Below are positions 9,843 through 18,690 of a stretch of DNA of 64,000 bases, in pieces. The DNA lies in the NCBI GenBank assembly GCA_947644365.1, contig CANRYZ010000001.1, forward strand, positions 64,907 through 128,906. The letters run 5' to 3'. The position numbers and the translations under genes are program-made. The notes below the pieces were generated by a model that saw nothing but the letters and a program-made list of their open reading frames with translations, ran no database searches and had not been told where the DNA came from. The stretch's first letter is position 1; each line of letters begins with the position of its first letter. The DNA is from an uncultured Oscillibacter sp. GTDB taxonomy: Bacteria; Bacillota; Clostridia; Oscillospirales; Oscillospiraceae.

Positions 9843-10570
9843 CAGGCACCATTATCAATGCCCTGGCCGTCCTGGCCGGGTCCATGGCGGGACTGCTGCT
9901 GAAATGGCTGGCTTCCCGTTTCTCCTCCCGCCTTCCCGCCGGCAGCGCCGCCCTGGGCCAGCGGCTCCAGACCATTATCATGAACGGCGTGGCCCTGTGC
10001 GTCCTCTACATCGGCATCAGCGGGGCATTGAAGGGAAACAACACTCTGGTGGCGATCCTCTCCATGGTGGCTGGCGCCATTATAGGCGAACTGCTGGACC
10101 TGGACCGGCGGATGCAGGCCCTGGGCGATTGGGTGCAGAAAAAGACGGTCCGCCTGACCCAGGGCGAGGGCGGCGCCACTGTGGCGGAGGGCTTTGTCAC
10201 CGCCAGCCTCCTCTTCTGCGTGGGGGCCATGGCCATCGTGGGAGCGCTGGAGAACGGTCTCACGGGAAATTATGAGACTCTCCAGGCAAAGTCCCTGCTG
10301 GACGGCATCAGCTCCATTGTCTTCGCCTCCTCCCTGGGAATCGGCGTGGCCTTTTCCGCCGCGGCGCTATTTTTGTATCAGGGCAGCATCTCCCTGCTGG
10401 CCTCCGTCCTCTCCCCGTTTTTGGGAGACGCCGTCATCGCGGAAATGACCTGCGTGGGGTCCCTGCTGATCGCGGCCCTGTCCCTGAACATGCTGAATCT
10501 CACCAAGATCAAGGTCATGAACCTGGTTCCCGCCATCTTCCTGCCCATTCTGCTGTGCACGTTTATGTAA
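9836..10570 (+). CDS. DUF554 family membrane protein
   Basis: GTIINALAV, GFVTASLLFCVGAMAIVG, KSLLDG motifs; multiple TMs. Confidence 0.88.
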   Translation: MLTGTIINALAVLAGSMAGLLLKWLASRFSSRLPAGSAALGQRLQTIIMNGVALCVLYIGISGALKGNNTLVAILSMVAGAIIGELLDLDRRMQALGDWVQKKTVRLTQGEGGATVAEGFVTASLLFCVGAMAIVGALENGLTGNYETLQAKSLLDGISSIVFASSLGIGVAFSAAALFLYQGSISLLASVLSPFLGDAVIAEMTCVGSLLIAALSLNMLNLTKIKVMNLVPAIFLPILLCTFM

Positions 10571-10596
10571 ACTGAGCCCTATTTAAATCGGACGCC

Positions 10597-10626
10597 AAAA
10601 AAGAGCCGCTTTCGCGGCTCTTTTTT
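10597..10626. terminator. Bidirectional terminator
   Basis: AAAAAAGAGCCGC-tttc-GCGGCTCTTTTTT. Confidence 0.85.
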
Positions 10627-10641
10627 CTGCGCCGGTATCCA

Positions 10642-10725
10642 TCAGCGCACAAACGGCATCAATGCCGAGGCCACCAGCGCCAGCAGCAGCACCGCCACCA
10701 GCGCCAGCGCCATGACGCGCTTCAT
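10642..10725 (-). CDS. 27-aa small membrane protein MKRVMALALVAVLLLALVASALMPFVR (not in ORF track)
   Basis: GAGAGGAAAG-ATG RBS, 8 nt downstream of the DUF951 stop, host-like codons, ends before the terminator. Confidence 0.65.
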   Translation of the reverse strand: MKRVMALALVAVLLLALVASALMPFVR

Positions 10726-10733
10726 CTTTCCTC

Positions 10734-10925
10734 TCACGTTCTCTCCTCCTCCGTCAGGATTTTCCGAATACTCTTCTCCGCCTTGGACCGGGGCACCATC
10801 AGCTCATGGCCGCAGCCCAGGCATTTCAGCTTGATATCCATCCCTACCCGCAGAATCTCCCACTGGGTGCTCCCGCAGGGATGGGGTTTTTTCAGCTCCA
10901 CTCTATCGTGCAGACGCAAGTCCAT
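10734..10925 (-). CDS. DUF951 family protein
   Basis: KKPHPCGS..WEILRVGMDIKLKCLGCGH signature. Confidence 0.9.
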   Translation of the reverse strand: MDLRLHDRVELKKPHPCGSTQWEILRVGMDIKLKCLGCGHELMVPRSKAEKSIRKILTEEERT

Positions 10926-11058
10926 ATGGTTCCTCCTGTCATCCTCTTCGCATATACTGTCTCATATTGAGAAACCTCTGATGCAAATCTGCGCACGTTG
11001 ATGGAATCAGAGCTTCCTCAAAAACGCCGCGCCGGGCGGCAGATAGGATGCGATCAAT

Positions 11059-11994
11059 ATGCCGGAAAATAAGCTGTTCCCTCCGGAGGGCCTGCGCCCT
11101 CCCGTCCGCCTCACGCTCAGCCGCCTGCGGGAAGCCCTGGAGAGCGGCGCCGTGCTGGAGGCCCCCGTCCAGCGGTGCGACGCCGGACACACCCTACATA
11201 TAGACCTGGGCGGTATTCCGGGCCGAATTTCCCGCCCGGAGGCCATCGCTCCCTGGATCAACGGAGCCGAAAGGGACATTGCCGTTCTGTCCCGGGTCGG
11301 CAAGACGGCCTGCTTCAAGGTCCAACGCCTGCAGGCCGATGAAAAAGGCGCGCCGGAGGCCGTCCTCAGCCGCAGGGCCGCTCAGGAGGCCGCCATGGAC
11401 TTCTTTCTTGAAAGCCTGGAGCCGGGGATGGTGCTCGCCTGCCGGGTGACCCGGCTGGAGCCCTACGGAGCCTTTGTGGACGTCGGCTGCGGCATCGTGG
11501 CCATACTGCCTATTGAGTTAATGTCCGTCTCTCGCATCAACCACCCTGGCGTCCGGGTGCGGGAGGGGCAGAAGATCCTGGCGGCAGTGCGGTCCTTTGA
11601 CCGGGAGAACCGCCGGATCACCATGACCATGCGGGAGCTCCTGGGCACCTGGATGGAGAACGCCAGCCGCTTCGCCGCCGGAGAGACCGTACGGGGCACC
11701 GTCCGCAGCGTCAAGGAGTACGGCAGCTTCATCGAACTGGCTCCCAACCTCTCCGGATTGGCGGACGCCAGGGAGAATCTGTCCCCCGGAGACGGGGTGT
11801 CGGTCTACATCAAGAGCATCCGGCCGGAGCGGATGAAAATCAAGCTCCAGATCGTCGAAAAGCTGCCGCCCCAGGAGGAGCCGGAGCCCCTGCGGTATCA
11901 GATCACCGACGGAAAGCTGGACCGCTGGACCTACTCCCCGCCGGGATATGAAAAGGAGCCGGTGGAGACGGTATTCACAGCTCCCTCCCCTTGA
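11059..11994 (+). CDS. Multi-S1 RNA-binding domain protein
   Basis: S1 repeats: VTRLEPYGAFVDVG, VRSVKEYGSFIEL. Confidence 0.85.
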   Translation: MPENKLFPPEGLRPPVRLTLSRLREALESGAVLEAPVQRCDAGHTLHIDLGGIPGRISRPEAIAPWINGAERDIAVLSRVGKTACFKVQRLQADEKGAPEAVLSRRAAQEAAMDFFLESLEPGMVLACRVTRLEPYGAFVDVGCGIVAILPIELMSVSRINHPGVRVREGQKILAAVRSFDRENRRITMTMRELLGTWMENASRFAAGETVRGTVRSVKEYGSFIELAPNLSGLADARENLSPGDGVSVYIKSIRPERMKIKLQIVEKLPPQEEPEPLRYQITDGKLDRWTYSPPGYEKEPVETVFTAPSP

Positions 11995-13243
11995 GCTTCT
12001 CCCAGTAGGCCTTGGCGGCCTGTTCCGTCTTGTTGTCCCCAAACTCGTAATACTTCACGCCCTTCAAGGCGTCGGGCAGGTACTGCTGGTCCACCCAGTG
12101 GCCGGTGAAGTTGTGAGGGTACAGATAGTGCTGCTGGTTGTCAAAGCCGATGGTGTCGGCATGTACGTTTTGGAGCTGCCGGGGCACGTCCCCGGTGCGG
12201 CCCGCCTTTACGTCCGCCCTGGCCCTTCCGATCCCCTCGATCACACTGTTGGACTTGGGCGCTGTGGCCAGCAGCACCGCCGCCTGGGCCAGGGGCAGCT
12301 GGGCCTCCGGAAGCCCCAGCTGCATGGCGGTGTCCACACAGGCCTTCACAATGGCGACGGCCTGGGGATAGGCCATGCCCACATCCTCACTGGCGGAGCA
12401 CAGCAGCCGCCGGCAGGGAGTCACCAGGTCCCCGGCCTCCAGAAAGCGGGCCAGGTAGTGGAGCGCCGCGTCGGGGTCGCTGCCCCGGAGGGATTTCATC
12501 AGGGCGGAGGCGATGTCGTACATGGCGTCGCCTCCCTTGTCATAGCGCATGGCGCTGCGCTGGGAGAGCTGGGCCGCGTCCTCCAGCGTCAGACGGAGCG
12601 CACCCTTCTCCGGTGCCGCCGCCTGGCAGAGGAGCTCCACGGCGTTGATGGCCTTGCGCACATCCCCGCCGCAGGCGGTGGCGATGTGGAGGGGCACTCC
12701 CTCCTCCCAGGCCAGGGGCAGGGGGCTGCGCTCCTTCTCAATCTCCAGCGCCCGCAAAACGGCGGGCTCCGCCTCCGCCGGGGAGACGGATTTGAACTCG
12801 AACACCGTACTGCGGCTGAGAAGGGCGCTGTACACATAGAAATAGGGATTCTCCGTGGTGGAAGCGATCAGGGTGAGCTTGCCGTTCTCCATGAATTCCA
12901 GCAGGCTCTGCTGCTGCTTTTTGTTGAAATACTGGATCTCGTCCAGGTACAGCAGCACCCCGCCGGGGGCCAGCAGCGTCCCCACGTCGCCGATGATGTC
13001 CTTGATGTCCTGGAGGGACGCCGTGGTGGCGTTGAGGCGGTACAGGGTCTTCTGTGTCCGCTCCGCGATGATGTTGGCGATGGTGGTCTTGCCGGTGCCG
13101 GAGGGACCGTAAAAGACCATGTTGGCGTCGGTCCCGCTCTCGATAAGGCGGCGGAGCACCGCGCCGGGGGCCAGGATGTGGCGCTGACCCACCACCTGGT
13201 CCAGTGTCTGGGGGCGGATCTCATCCGCCAGGGGACGCTGCAT
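11975..13243 (-). CDS. rarA: Replication-associated recombination protein A (MgsA/RarA AAA+)
   Basis: PLADEIRP, GPSGTGKTT, STTENPYF, KSLRGSDPDAA, ASEDVG motifs. Confidence 0.95.
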   Translation of the reverse strand: MQRPLADEIRPQTLDQVVGQRHILAPGAVLRRLIESGTDANMVFYGPSGTGKTTIANIIAERTQKTLYRLNATTASLQDIKDIIGDVGTLLAPGGVLLYLDEIQYFNKKQQQSLLEFMENGKLTLIASTTENPYFYVYSALLSRSTVFEFKSVSPAEAEPAVLRALEIEKERSPLPLAWEEGVPLHIATACGGDVRKAINAVELLCQAAAPEKGALRLTLEDAAQLSQRSAMRYDKGGDAMYDIASALMKSLRGSDPDAALHYLARFLEAGDLVTPCRRLLCSASEDVGMAYPQAVAIVKACVDTAMQLGLPEAQLPLAQAAVLLATAPKSNSVIEGIGRARADVKAGRTGDVPRQLQNVHADTIGFDNQQHYLYPHNFTGHWVDQQYLPDALKGVKYYEFGDNKTEQAAKAYWEKLKGREL

Positions 13244-13266
13244 AGGGAACCCTCCCTCCTGTTAAA

Positions 13267-13494
13267 CTACTGTTTTCGGTACGCCTCTATCAAACAGAGC
13301 AAAAGGCCGGCGCACATGACGGCCGTTGAAATGACAAACGGAATCAGCGTATCCGCGCCGAGAAATGCCCCCATCAGGCCGCCGGTCCCATTGTGAATGC
13401 AGGGATGCATAACTGTGTAAAAGAAGCAGAAGGCGGAAAACACAAGTCCCACGACTGTCACCAGGACGCCGCATACCATCTTTTTATTCACCAC
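13267..13494 (-). CDS. Small two-TM hypothetical protein
   Basis: Two hydrophobic segments, GAGGAG RBS; lower GC than neighbours by eye. Confidence 0.55.
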   Translation of the reverse strand: MVNKKMVCGVLVTVVGLVFSAFCFFYTVMHPCIHNGTGGLMGAFLGADTLIPFVISTAVMCAGLLLCLIEAYRKQ

Positions 13495-13660
13495 AAGCCC
13501 TCTCCTCTTCCAAAATTTCCAGAAAAATTATATCACAGGTCAAAGCAAAATTCCACCTTTTTTCACAAGTGATTGTATAAAAATGGAAAATTGGAAAATT
13601 TGAAATTTTCCTCGCCAAGAGCCGGATTTTATGGTATCCTGTCATGGTGAGGTGACGAGT

Positions 13661-14299
13661 ATGAAATCCAAGGCCGCGGTCAAGCGCATTATTGAAACAC
13701 TAAAGGGCGTCTACCCCGACGCCCTGTGCTCCCTGCAATACGAGAAGGACTACGAGCTGCTCTTTGCCGTGCGGCTCTCCGCCCAGTGCACCGACGCGCG
13801 GGTAAACCAGGTGACGCCCGCCCTGTACGCCCGCTTCCCCACCCTGGAGAGCTTCGCGGAGGCAGACCCGGCGGAGGTGGGCGAGTACATCCGCTCCTGC
13901 GGGTTCTTCAACGGCAAGGCCCGGGACATCGTGGGCTGCGCCAGACGGCTGATCGACGATTTTGGCGGCAGGGTCCCCGGCACCATGGAGGAGCTCACCA
14001 GTCTCCCCGGCGTGGGCCGTAAGACTGCCAACCTGATTTTGGGCGATATTTTCGGCCAGGAGGGCTATGTCTGCGACACCCACTGTATCCGCATCACCGG
14101 GCGGCTGGGGATCACCGACGGCTCCAAGGACCCCCTCCAGGTGGAACGGCAGCTGCGGCAGGCCATCCCGCCGGTGGAGTCCAACAACTTCTGCCACCGG
14201 ATGGTCCTCTTCGGCCGGGACACCTGCACCGCCCGGTCCCCCAAATGCGAAGGCTGTCCCCTGGCAAAGGACTGCGACGCGGCGAAGGTGAAAAAATAA
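13661..14299 (+). CDS. nth: Endonuclease III
   Basis: LSAQCTD, HhH LPGVGRKTAN, DTH, C-x6-C-x2-C-x5-C FeS motif. Confidence 0.95.
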   Translation: MKSKAAVKRIIETLKGVYPDALCSLQYEKDYELLFAVRLSAQCTDARVNQVTPALYARFPTLESFAEADPAEVGEYIRSCGFFNGKARDIVGCARRLIDDFGGRVPGTMEELTSLPGVGRKTANLILGDIFGQEGYVCDTHCIRITGRLGITDGSKDPLQVERQLRQAIPPVESNNFCHRMVLFGRDTCTARSPKCEGCPLAKDCDAAKVKK

Positions 14300-14307
14300 G
14301 AACCCCC

Positions 14308-14341
14308 AAAATGTGTCTGCGGTGATCCGCAGGCACATTTT
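14308..14341 (+). terminator. Terminator of nth
   Basis: AAAATGTGTCTGCGG-tgat-CCGCAGGCACATTTT. Confidence 0.8.
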
Positions 14342-14361
14342 CGCATTCTCCCTCATATACT
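14335..14361 (+). promoter_or_regulatory. Putative sigma-K (late mother-cell) promoter
   Basis: ACA-16 nt-CATATACT matches the sigma-K consensus (mACA-16-CATAnnnT). Confidence 0.55.
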
Positions 14362-14392
14362 GGATAAAAACCACCGTTTGGAGGATGCGTTT

Positions 14393-14650
14393 ATGGATGA
14401 CAAGACTACCCGGCTGGTGAACCAGCTGAAAGGAAACCCCGCCATGCTGCGCTCGCTGATGCAGTCCCGGGACGGGCAGGCCCTGATGCAGATGCTGACC
14501 CAGGGAGACCAGGGCGCCGCTTTGCAGCGGGCGGTACAGTCCGCCGCCAAGGGCCGGCCCGAGGAGATGGTAAGGCTGGTGAACCAGGTGATGCAGAGCC
14601 CCGGCGGGGCCGACCTGGTGGAACGGATCAACAGGGCCGTTCAAAAATAA
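14393..14650 (+). CDS. Hypothetical helical Gln/Met-rich protein (possible spore protein)
   Basis: GGAGG RBS; first gene after the sigma-K-like promoter. Confidence 0.7.
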   Translation: MDDKTTRLVNQLKGNPAMLRSLMQSRDGQALMQMLTQGDQGAALQRAVQSAAKGRPEEMVRLVNQVMQSPGGADLVERINRAVQK

Positions 14651-14672
14651 GAGGGCAAAGGGGTAAGCGGAT

Positions 14673-15074
14673 ATGGCGGAATTTGACGACAAGCTGAACA
14701 GCATCCTGTCCAATCCGGACGCCATGTCCCAGATCATGCAGCTGGCCCAGTCCCTCTCCGGGCCCGGGCCGGGGGCAGAACCTCCCCCGCCCCCGCCGCA
14801 GCCGGCGCCTCAGCAGTCCGCGCCGCCCCCGGGCGGCGGAGACCTGTTCTCCTCCCTCTCCTCTCTGGCCGGCGGAATGGACCCCAAGCTCCTCACCCGG
14901 CTCCTGCCCCTGATTCAGGAGCTGGGCGGCCAGCGGGACAGCAACGCCCGGGCGCTGCTCTACGCCCTGCGCCCCTATCTGAAGGAGGAAAAGCAGAACA
15001 AGGTGGAGCGGGCCCTCCAGCTGGCCCGGCTGTTCCACCTGGGGAAGAAATTCCTGTCCGGATGGGAGGGGTGA
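14673..15074 (+). CDS. Hypothetical Pro-rich protein (possible spore coat protein)
   Basis: LLYALRPYL...VERALQL pattern seen in clostridial spore-associated hypotheticals; poly-Pro linker. Confidence 0.7.
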   Translation: MAEFDDKLNSILSNPDAMSQIMQLAQSLSGPGPGAEPPPPPPQPAPQQSAPPPGGGDLFSSLSSLAGGMDPKLLTRLLPLIQELGGQRDSNARALLYALRPYLKEEKQNKVERALQLARLFHLGKKFLSGWEG

Positions 15075-15077
15075 GGG

Positions 15078-15431
15078 ATGTACAACCGCTATATCCGCAA
15101 CGACAACGGCACCTATACCCGGATGCCGGAGGAGGAGCCCCGCGCCGCTCCGCCGCCGCCCCAGCCGGAACCTCCTCCGTCCTCCGGCGGCACCGCGCCC
15201 CCGCCGCCAAAACAGGGTCAGCCGCAGCAGTCAGGCCCAGGAAGGCCTCCGCCCCCGCCGAGACAGGCCGCCGACGGGCTGACCGGCTTTCTTCGGCATA
15301 TCCTGGACCAGCTCCATCTGAACCATGTGGACACCGGAGACCTGCTGCTTCTGGGGCTGCTGTTCTTTCTCTCCCGGGAAGAGGCGGACGAGGAACTGCT
15401 GGTGGCCCTGGGGCTGCTTCTGATTTTATAG
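15078..15431 (+). CDS. Hypothetical Pro-rich protein with hydrophobic C-terminus
   Basis: GGAGG RBS; DTGDLLLLGLLFFL...DEELLVALGLLLIL. Confidence 0.7.
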   Translation: MYNRYIRNDNGTYTRMPEEEPRAAPPPPQPEPPPSSGGTAPPPPKQGQPQQSGPGRPPPPPRQAADGLTGFLRHILDQLHLNHVDTGDLLLLGLLFFLSREEADEELLVALGLLLIL

Positions 15432-15609
15432 TCACCGCAGTTGAAAAGAAGGATTTCCTTCTTTTCAACCTTGGGGCGCGTATGCGCCCCAAGAGCCGTG
15501 AAACGGCTTGGCGGTGGACTTCATAGGCAAAACACGGCACATTTTATGTGCCGGCGGGCGATGCCCGCCTTGAAAATCGGAATACCGATTTTCAAGTGTT
15601 TTGACTATA
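15427..15609. mobile_element. MITE-like element with TATAGTCA/TGACTATA ends and about six internal hairpins
   Basis: Terminal inverted repeats at 15427-15434 and 15602-15609; stacked palindromes inside. Confidence 0.6.
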
Positions 15610-15610
15610 T

Positions 15611-15645
15611 AAACGCCAGCCGGAGCCTCTCTCCGGCTGGCGTTT
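15611..15645. terminator. Bidirectional terminator
   Basis: AAACGCCAGCCGGAG-cctct-CTCCGGCTGGCGTTT. Confidence 0.8.
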
Positions 15646-16405
15646 ACGCCTCTTCCAAAACCACCGTGCCGTCCGGCAGGGTGAAATCCTCAGCGGCGGG
15701 AAGGTCCTGGTCCAGCGCCAGGGCCGCCATGCGGTAGACCGGCTCCCCGTTCAGCAGCCGTTCCGAGACTGTCAGCAATCCTGTGTCCACGCTGACCCAG
15801 TAGCGCAGAACATACCCCTCCGGGTCCTCCGCCGTCTCTACATAGATGCAGTTGACGCCGGAGATGGTCCGGTAATCCGCCGCGGCGATGCTCTCCGGCG
15901 GCAAATCCAAAATGTCCTCATAGGTGGGAATGGTCTGCTCGTCGTCGGCGGAAATCCCCCCCGCCGGTGCAGTATAGACCGCCGTCTCCTGGTCGTACCA
16001 GATGTGGGTGGTCTCCCCGTCGGTCAGGGCGTGGCGCACCCGGCCCCCGGTCAGCGTCCGGTCCGTCCGGGTCCAGCCGCCGCTGACCGCCGCCGCCGTC
16101 TCATAGGTGCCGCTGCCGCCGCTCCAAAGCTGCTCCACCGTCACTGTACGGCGGTACTCCTGCGGCCGGGCGAGGGTGGCGACGGCCGCCTGGACCGTCT
16201 CCGGCGTCACCTCCACCACCGTCAACGCATCTCCGGTCACGGCGGCCTGGCCCGGCGCCTGCTCACTGGAGGGCAACGTGATATGGGAGGTGCGGCGCAG
16301 CGTGCCGCTGAGCATCACCGCGATAATCAGCACGGTAACCGCCAAAAAAGCCACTGTGATCCGGCTCCGCCACCCCTTATCCACATTCTCCCTCCTTTGC
16401 TCCAC
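15644..16405 (-). CDS. Membrane-anchored hypothetical protein (single N-terminal TM, beta-rich extracellular domain)
   Basis: Starts 2 nt after the wecB stop; YWVSVDTGLL is reminiscent of LolA-like folds (weak). Confidence 0.7.
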   Translation of the reverse strand: MEQRRENVDKGWRSRITVAFLAVTVLIIAVMLSGTLRRTSHITLPSSEQAPGQAAVTGDALTVVEVTPETVQAAVATLARPQEYRRTVTVEQLWSGGSGTYETAAAVSGGWTRTDRTLTGGRVRHALTDGETTHIWYDQETAVYTAPAGGISADDEQTIPTYEDILDLPPESIAAADYRTISGVNCIYVETAEDPEGYVLRYWVSVDTGLLTVSERLLNGEPVYRMAALALDQDLPAAEDFTLPDGTVVLEEA

Positions 16406-16407
16406 GC

Positions 16408-17556
16408 TCAGGCCGTATAGTCCTCCGGCCGCTCACTCCGCAAGCCGTACCGCCACTCGATGGCGTCGGCAATGCGGCGGCAGGCATGGCCGTCTCCGTA
16501 GGGATTTACGGCGTGGGCCATCCGCTCATAGGCGGCCCGGTCGCAGATCAGCCGCTCCGCCATGGTAACGATGTCGTCCTGCACCACGCCGGCCAGCTTC
16601 ACAGTGCCGGCGGCCACGGCCTCGGGCCGCTCCGTCTCCCGCCGCATCACCAGGACGGGCTTGCCCAGGGCAGGCGCCTCCTCTTGGATGCCGCCGGAGT
16701 CCGTCAGCACCAGATAGCACCGGGCCATCAGGTTGTGCATTTCATCGGCGGGCAGGGGATCGATCAGGTGAACCCGGGGCGCGCCCCGGAGGTACTTGTC
16801 CACCGCCTCCCGGACCACTGGGCTCAGGTGAACAGGATACACCAACTCCACGTCCGGGTGCTGCTCCGCGATCTGCCGCAGGGCCAGCATAATGCTCCGC
16901 ATGGGATCGCCGTAGTTCTCCCGCCGGTGGCAGGTGACCAGAATGACCTTCCGCTCCCCGTAGGGCAGGCGGTTCAGCTCTTCCGCCGCAAAGCGGTAAT
17001 CCTCCCGCACAGTCGTCCGCAAGGCGTCGATCACCGTATTCCCGGTGATGAAAAGATTTTCCGTGTGCCCCTCCCGGACCAGGTTCTCCCGGTTTCCCGC
17101 GGTGGGACAGAAAAACAGATCCGCAATGCCGGAGACCAGCAGTCGGTTCATCTCCTCCGGAAAGGGAGAATACTTGTCATACGTGCGCAGTCCCGCCTCC
17201 ACGTGGCCCACAGGGATCTGGTGGTAAAAAGCGGACAGGGCCCCGGCAAAGGTGGTGGAGGTATCCCCGTGAACCAGCACCATATCCGGCTTCAGCGCCT
17301 CCAGGGCCTCGTCCATGCCGGTAAGGCACTTGCTGGTGATGGTGGAGAGGGTCTGCCGGGGAGTCATGATATCCAGGTCCCAGTCCGGCTTTACGTCAAA
17401 GACCTCCAGTACGCTGTCCAGCATCTGCCGGTGCTGGGCGGTGACGCAGCAGAGGCTCTCGATCCCGGAGCGGGACGCCAGCTCCTTCACCAAAGGGCAC
17501 ATTTTGATGGCCTCCGGCCGGGTGCCGAATACGCTCATGATCCGCAGCTTGTCCAT
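16408..17556 (-). CDS. wecB: UDP-N-acetylglucosamine 2-epimerase (non-hydrolysing)
   Basis: FGTRPEAIKM, HGDT, HVEAGLRT, HRREN, TDSGGIQEEA, NPYGDG motifs. Confidence 0.96.
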   Translation of the reverse strand: MDKLRIMSVFGTRPEAIKMCPLVKELASRSGIESLCCVTAQHRQMLDSVLEVFDVKPDWDLDIMTPRQTLSTITSKCLTGMDEALEALKPDMVLVHGDTSTTFAGALSAFYHQIPVGHVEAGLRTYDKYSPFPEEMNRLLVSGIADLFFCPTAGNRENLVREGHTENLFITGNTVIDALRTTVREDYRFAAEELNRLPYGERKVILVTCHRRENYGDPMRSIMLALRQIAEQHPDVELVYPVHLSPVVREAVDKYLRGAPRVHLIDPLPADEMHNLMARCYLVLTDSGGIQEEAPALGKPVLVMRRETERPEAVAAGTVKLAGVVQDDIVTMAERLICDRAAYERMAHAVNPYGDGHACRRIADAIEWRYGLRSERPEDYTA

Positions 17557-18678
17557 TTACAGCTCCTCGTCTTTCTTCTCTTCCTCACGACGTCCGTGGT
17601 CTTTGAGCTCTTCCAGCTCCTCGTGAATCTCCTCCCGGATTTCCTTGGGGAACACCACCCGGGCGGCCACCGCGCCCACGATGCACAGCGCGGCGAAGAG
17701 CAGCATGGCCTTCTGCTCCCCGCCGGTGGTCAGCACCACGGCGGAGAGCCCCAGAATGGCGGAGATCACGTACAGCGTGGCCACCGCCTGCTTCTGGCTC
17801 AGCCCCATGTCGATGAGCCGGTGGTGAATGTGGCCCCGGTCGGCGTGCATGGGGCTCTGGCCGTGGGCGATACGGCGGATGAAGGCAAAGGCGGTGTCAA
17901 AAATGGGCAGGCCCAAAATCAAAAAGGGCACCGCAAAGGAGATCACCGCGTAAAATTTAAACAGCCCCTGAATGGACATGGTGGCCAGGATATAGCCCAG
18001 GAACGTGGCCCCGGTGTCCCCCATGAACATCTTGGCGGGATTCAGGTTATAGGGCATAAAGCCTACGCAGGCCCCCACCAGGGCCGCCATAACAATGGCC
18101 ACCTGGATCTCCGAAGCCATCAGCGCGATCACCAGCACCGTGGTGGCGGAGATGGCGGACACGCCGTCCGCCAGGCCGTCCAGACCGTCGATCAGGTTCA
18201 CGGCGTTGGTAATCGCCACAATCCACAGCACCGTGAAGGGCACGGACAGCCAGCCCAGCACCCAGTAGAGATTATCCGAGAAGATGTTGGGATTGGAGAA
18301 GGCCTGGATCACCACGCCGTTAAGGGCTGGGATCAGGGCGGCCACGATTTGGATAACGAATTTCAGCATGGCGGGCAGGGCCATGATGTCGTCCACCACG
18401 CCCAGCACCACAATGACCACCGCTCCCAGGAGGATGCTCCGCATCTCCGGGGTGATCTCCACAAAGAGCAGGATGCTGACTATAAAGCCGAAGAAGATGG
18501 CCAGTCCTCCCAGGCGGGGGATCGGCTTCCTGTGCATCCGGCGGTCATCCTTGGGCACGTCGATGGCCCCCACCTTGTAGGCGAAGGACTTGACCACCGG
18601 GGTCATCAGAAAGCTGATCACCAGGGCCGCCAGCAGGGCCAGCACCACGTAGGCGACCGACTGTGTTTGAAAAGCCAT
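17557..18678 (-). CDS. tagO: Undecaprenyl-phosphate GlcNAc-1-P transferase (TagO/WecA, MraY family)
   Basis: IPRLGG, GVVDD, NAVNLIDGLDGLA, FMGDTGA, DRGHIHHRL motifs. Confidence 0.92.
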   Translation of the reverse strand: MAFQTQSVAYVVLALLAALVISFLMTPVVKSFAYKVGAIDVPKDDRRMHRKPIPRLGGLAIFFGFIVSILLFVEITPEMRSILLGAVVIVVLGVVDDIMALPAMLKFVIQIVAALIPALNGVVIQAFSNPNIFSDNLYWVLGWLSVPFTVLWIVAITNAVNLIDGLDGLADGVSAISATTVLVIALMASEIQVAIVMAALVGACVGFMPYNLNPAKMFMGDTGATFLGYILATMSIQGLFKFYAVISFAVPFLILGLPIFDTAFAFIRRIAHGQSPMHADRGHIHHRLIDMGLSQKQAVATLYVISAILGLSAVVLTTGGEQKAMLLFAALCIVGAVAARVVFPKEIREEIHEELEELKDHGRREEEKKDEEL

Positions 18679-18690
18679 GGCGCTCCTCTC

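Noticed and set aside
16377-16385. Perfect DnaA box TTATCCACA
   Set aside because: Single copy inside a CDS with no cluster
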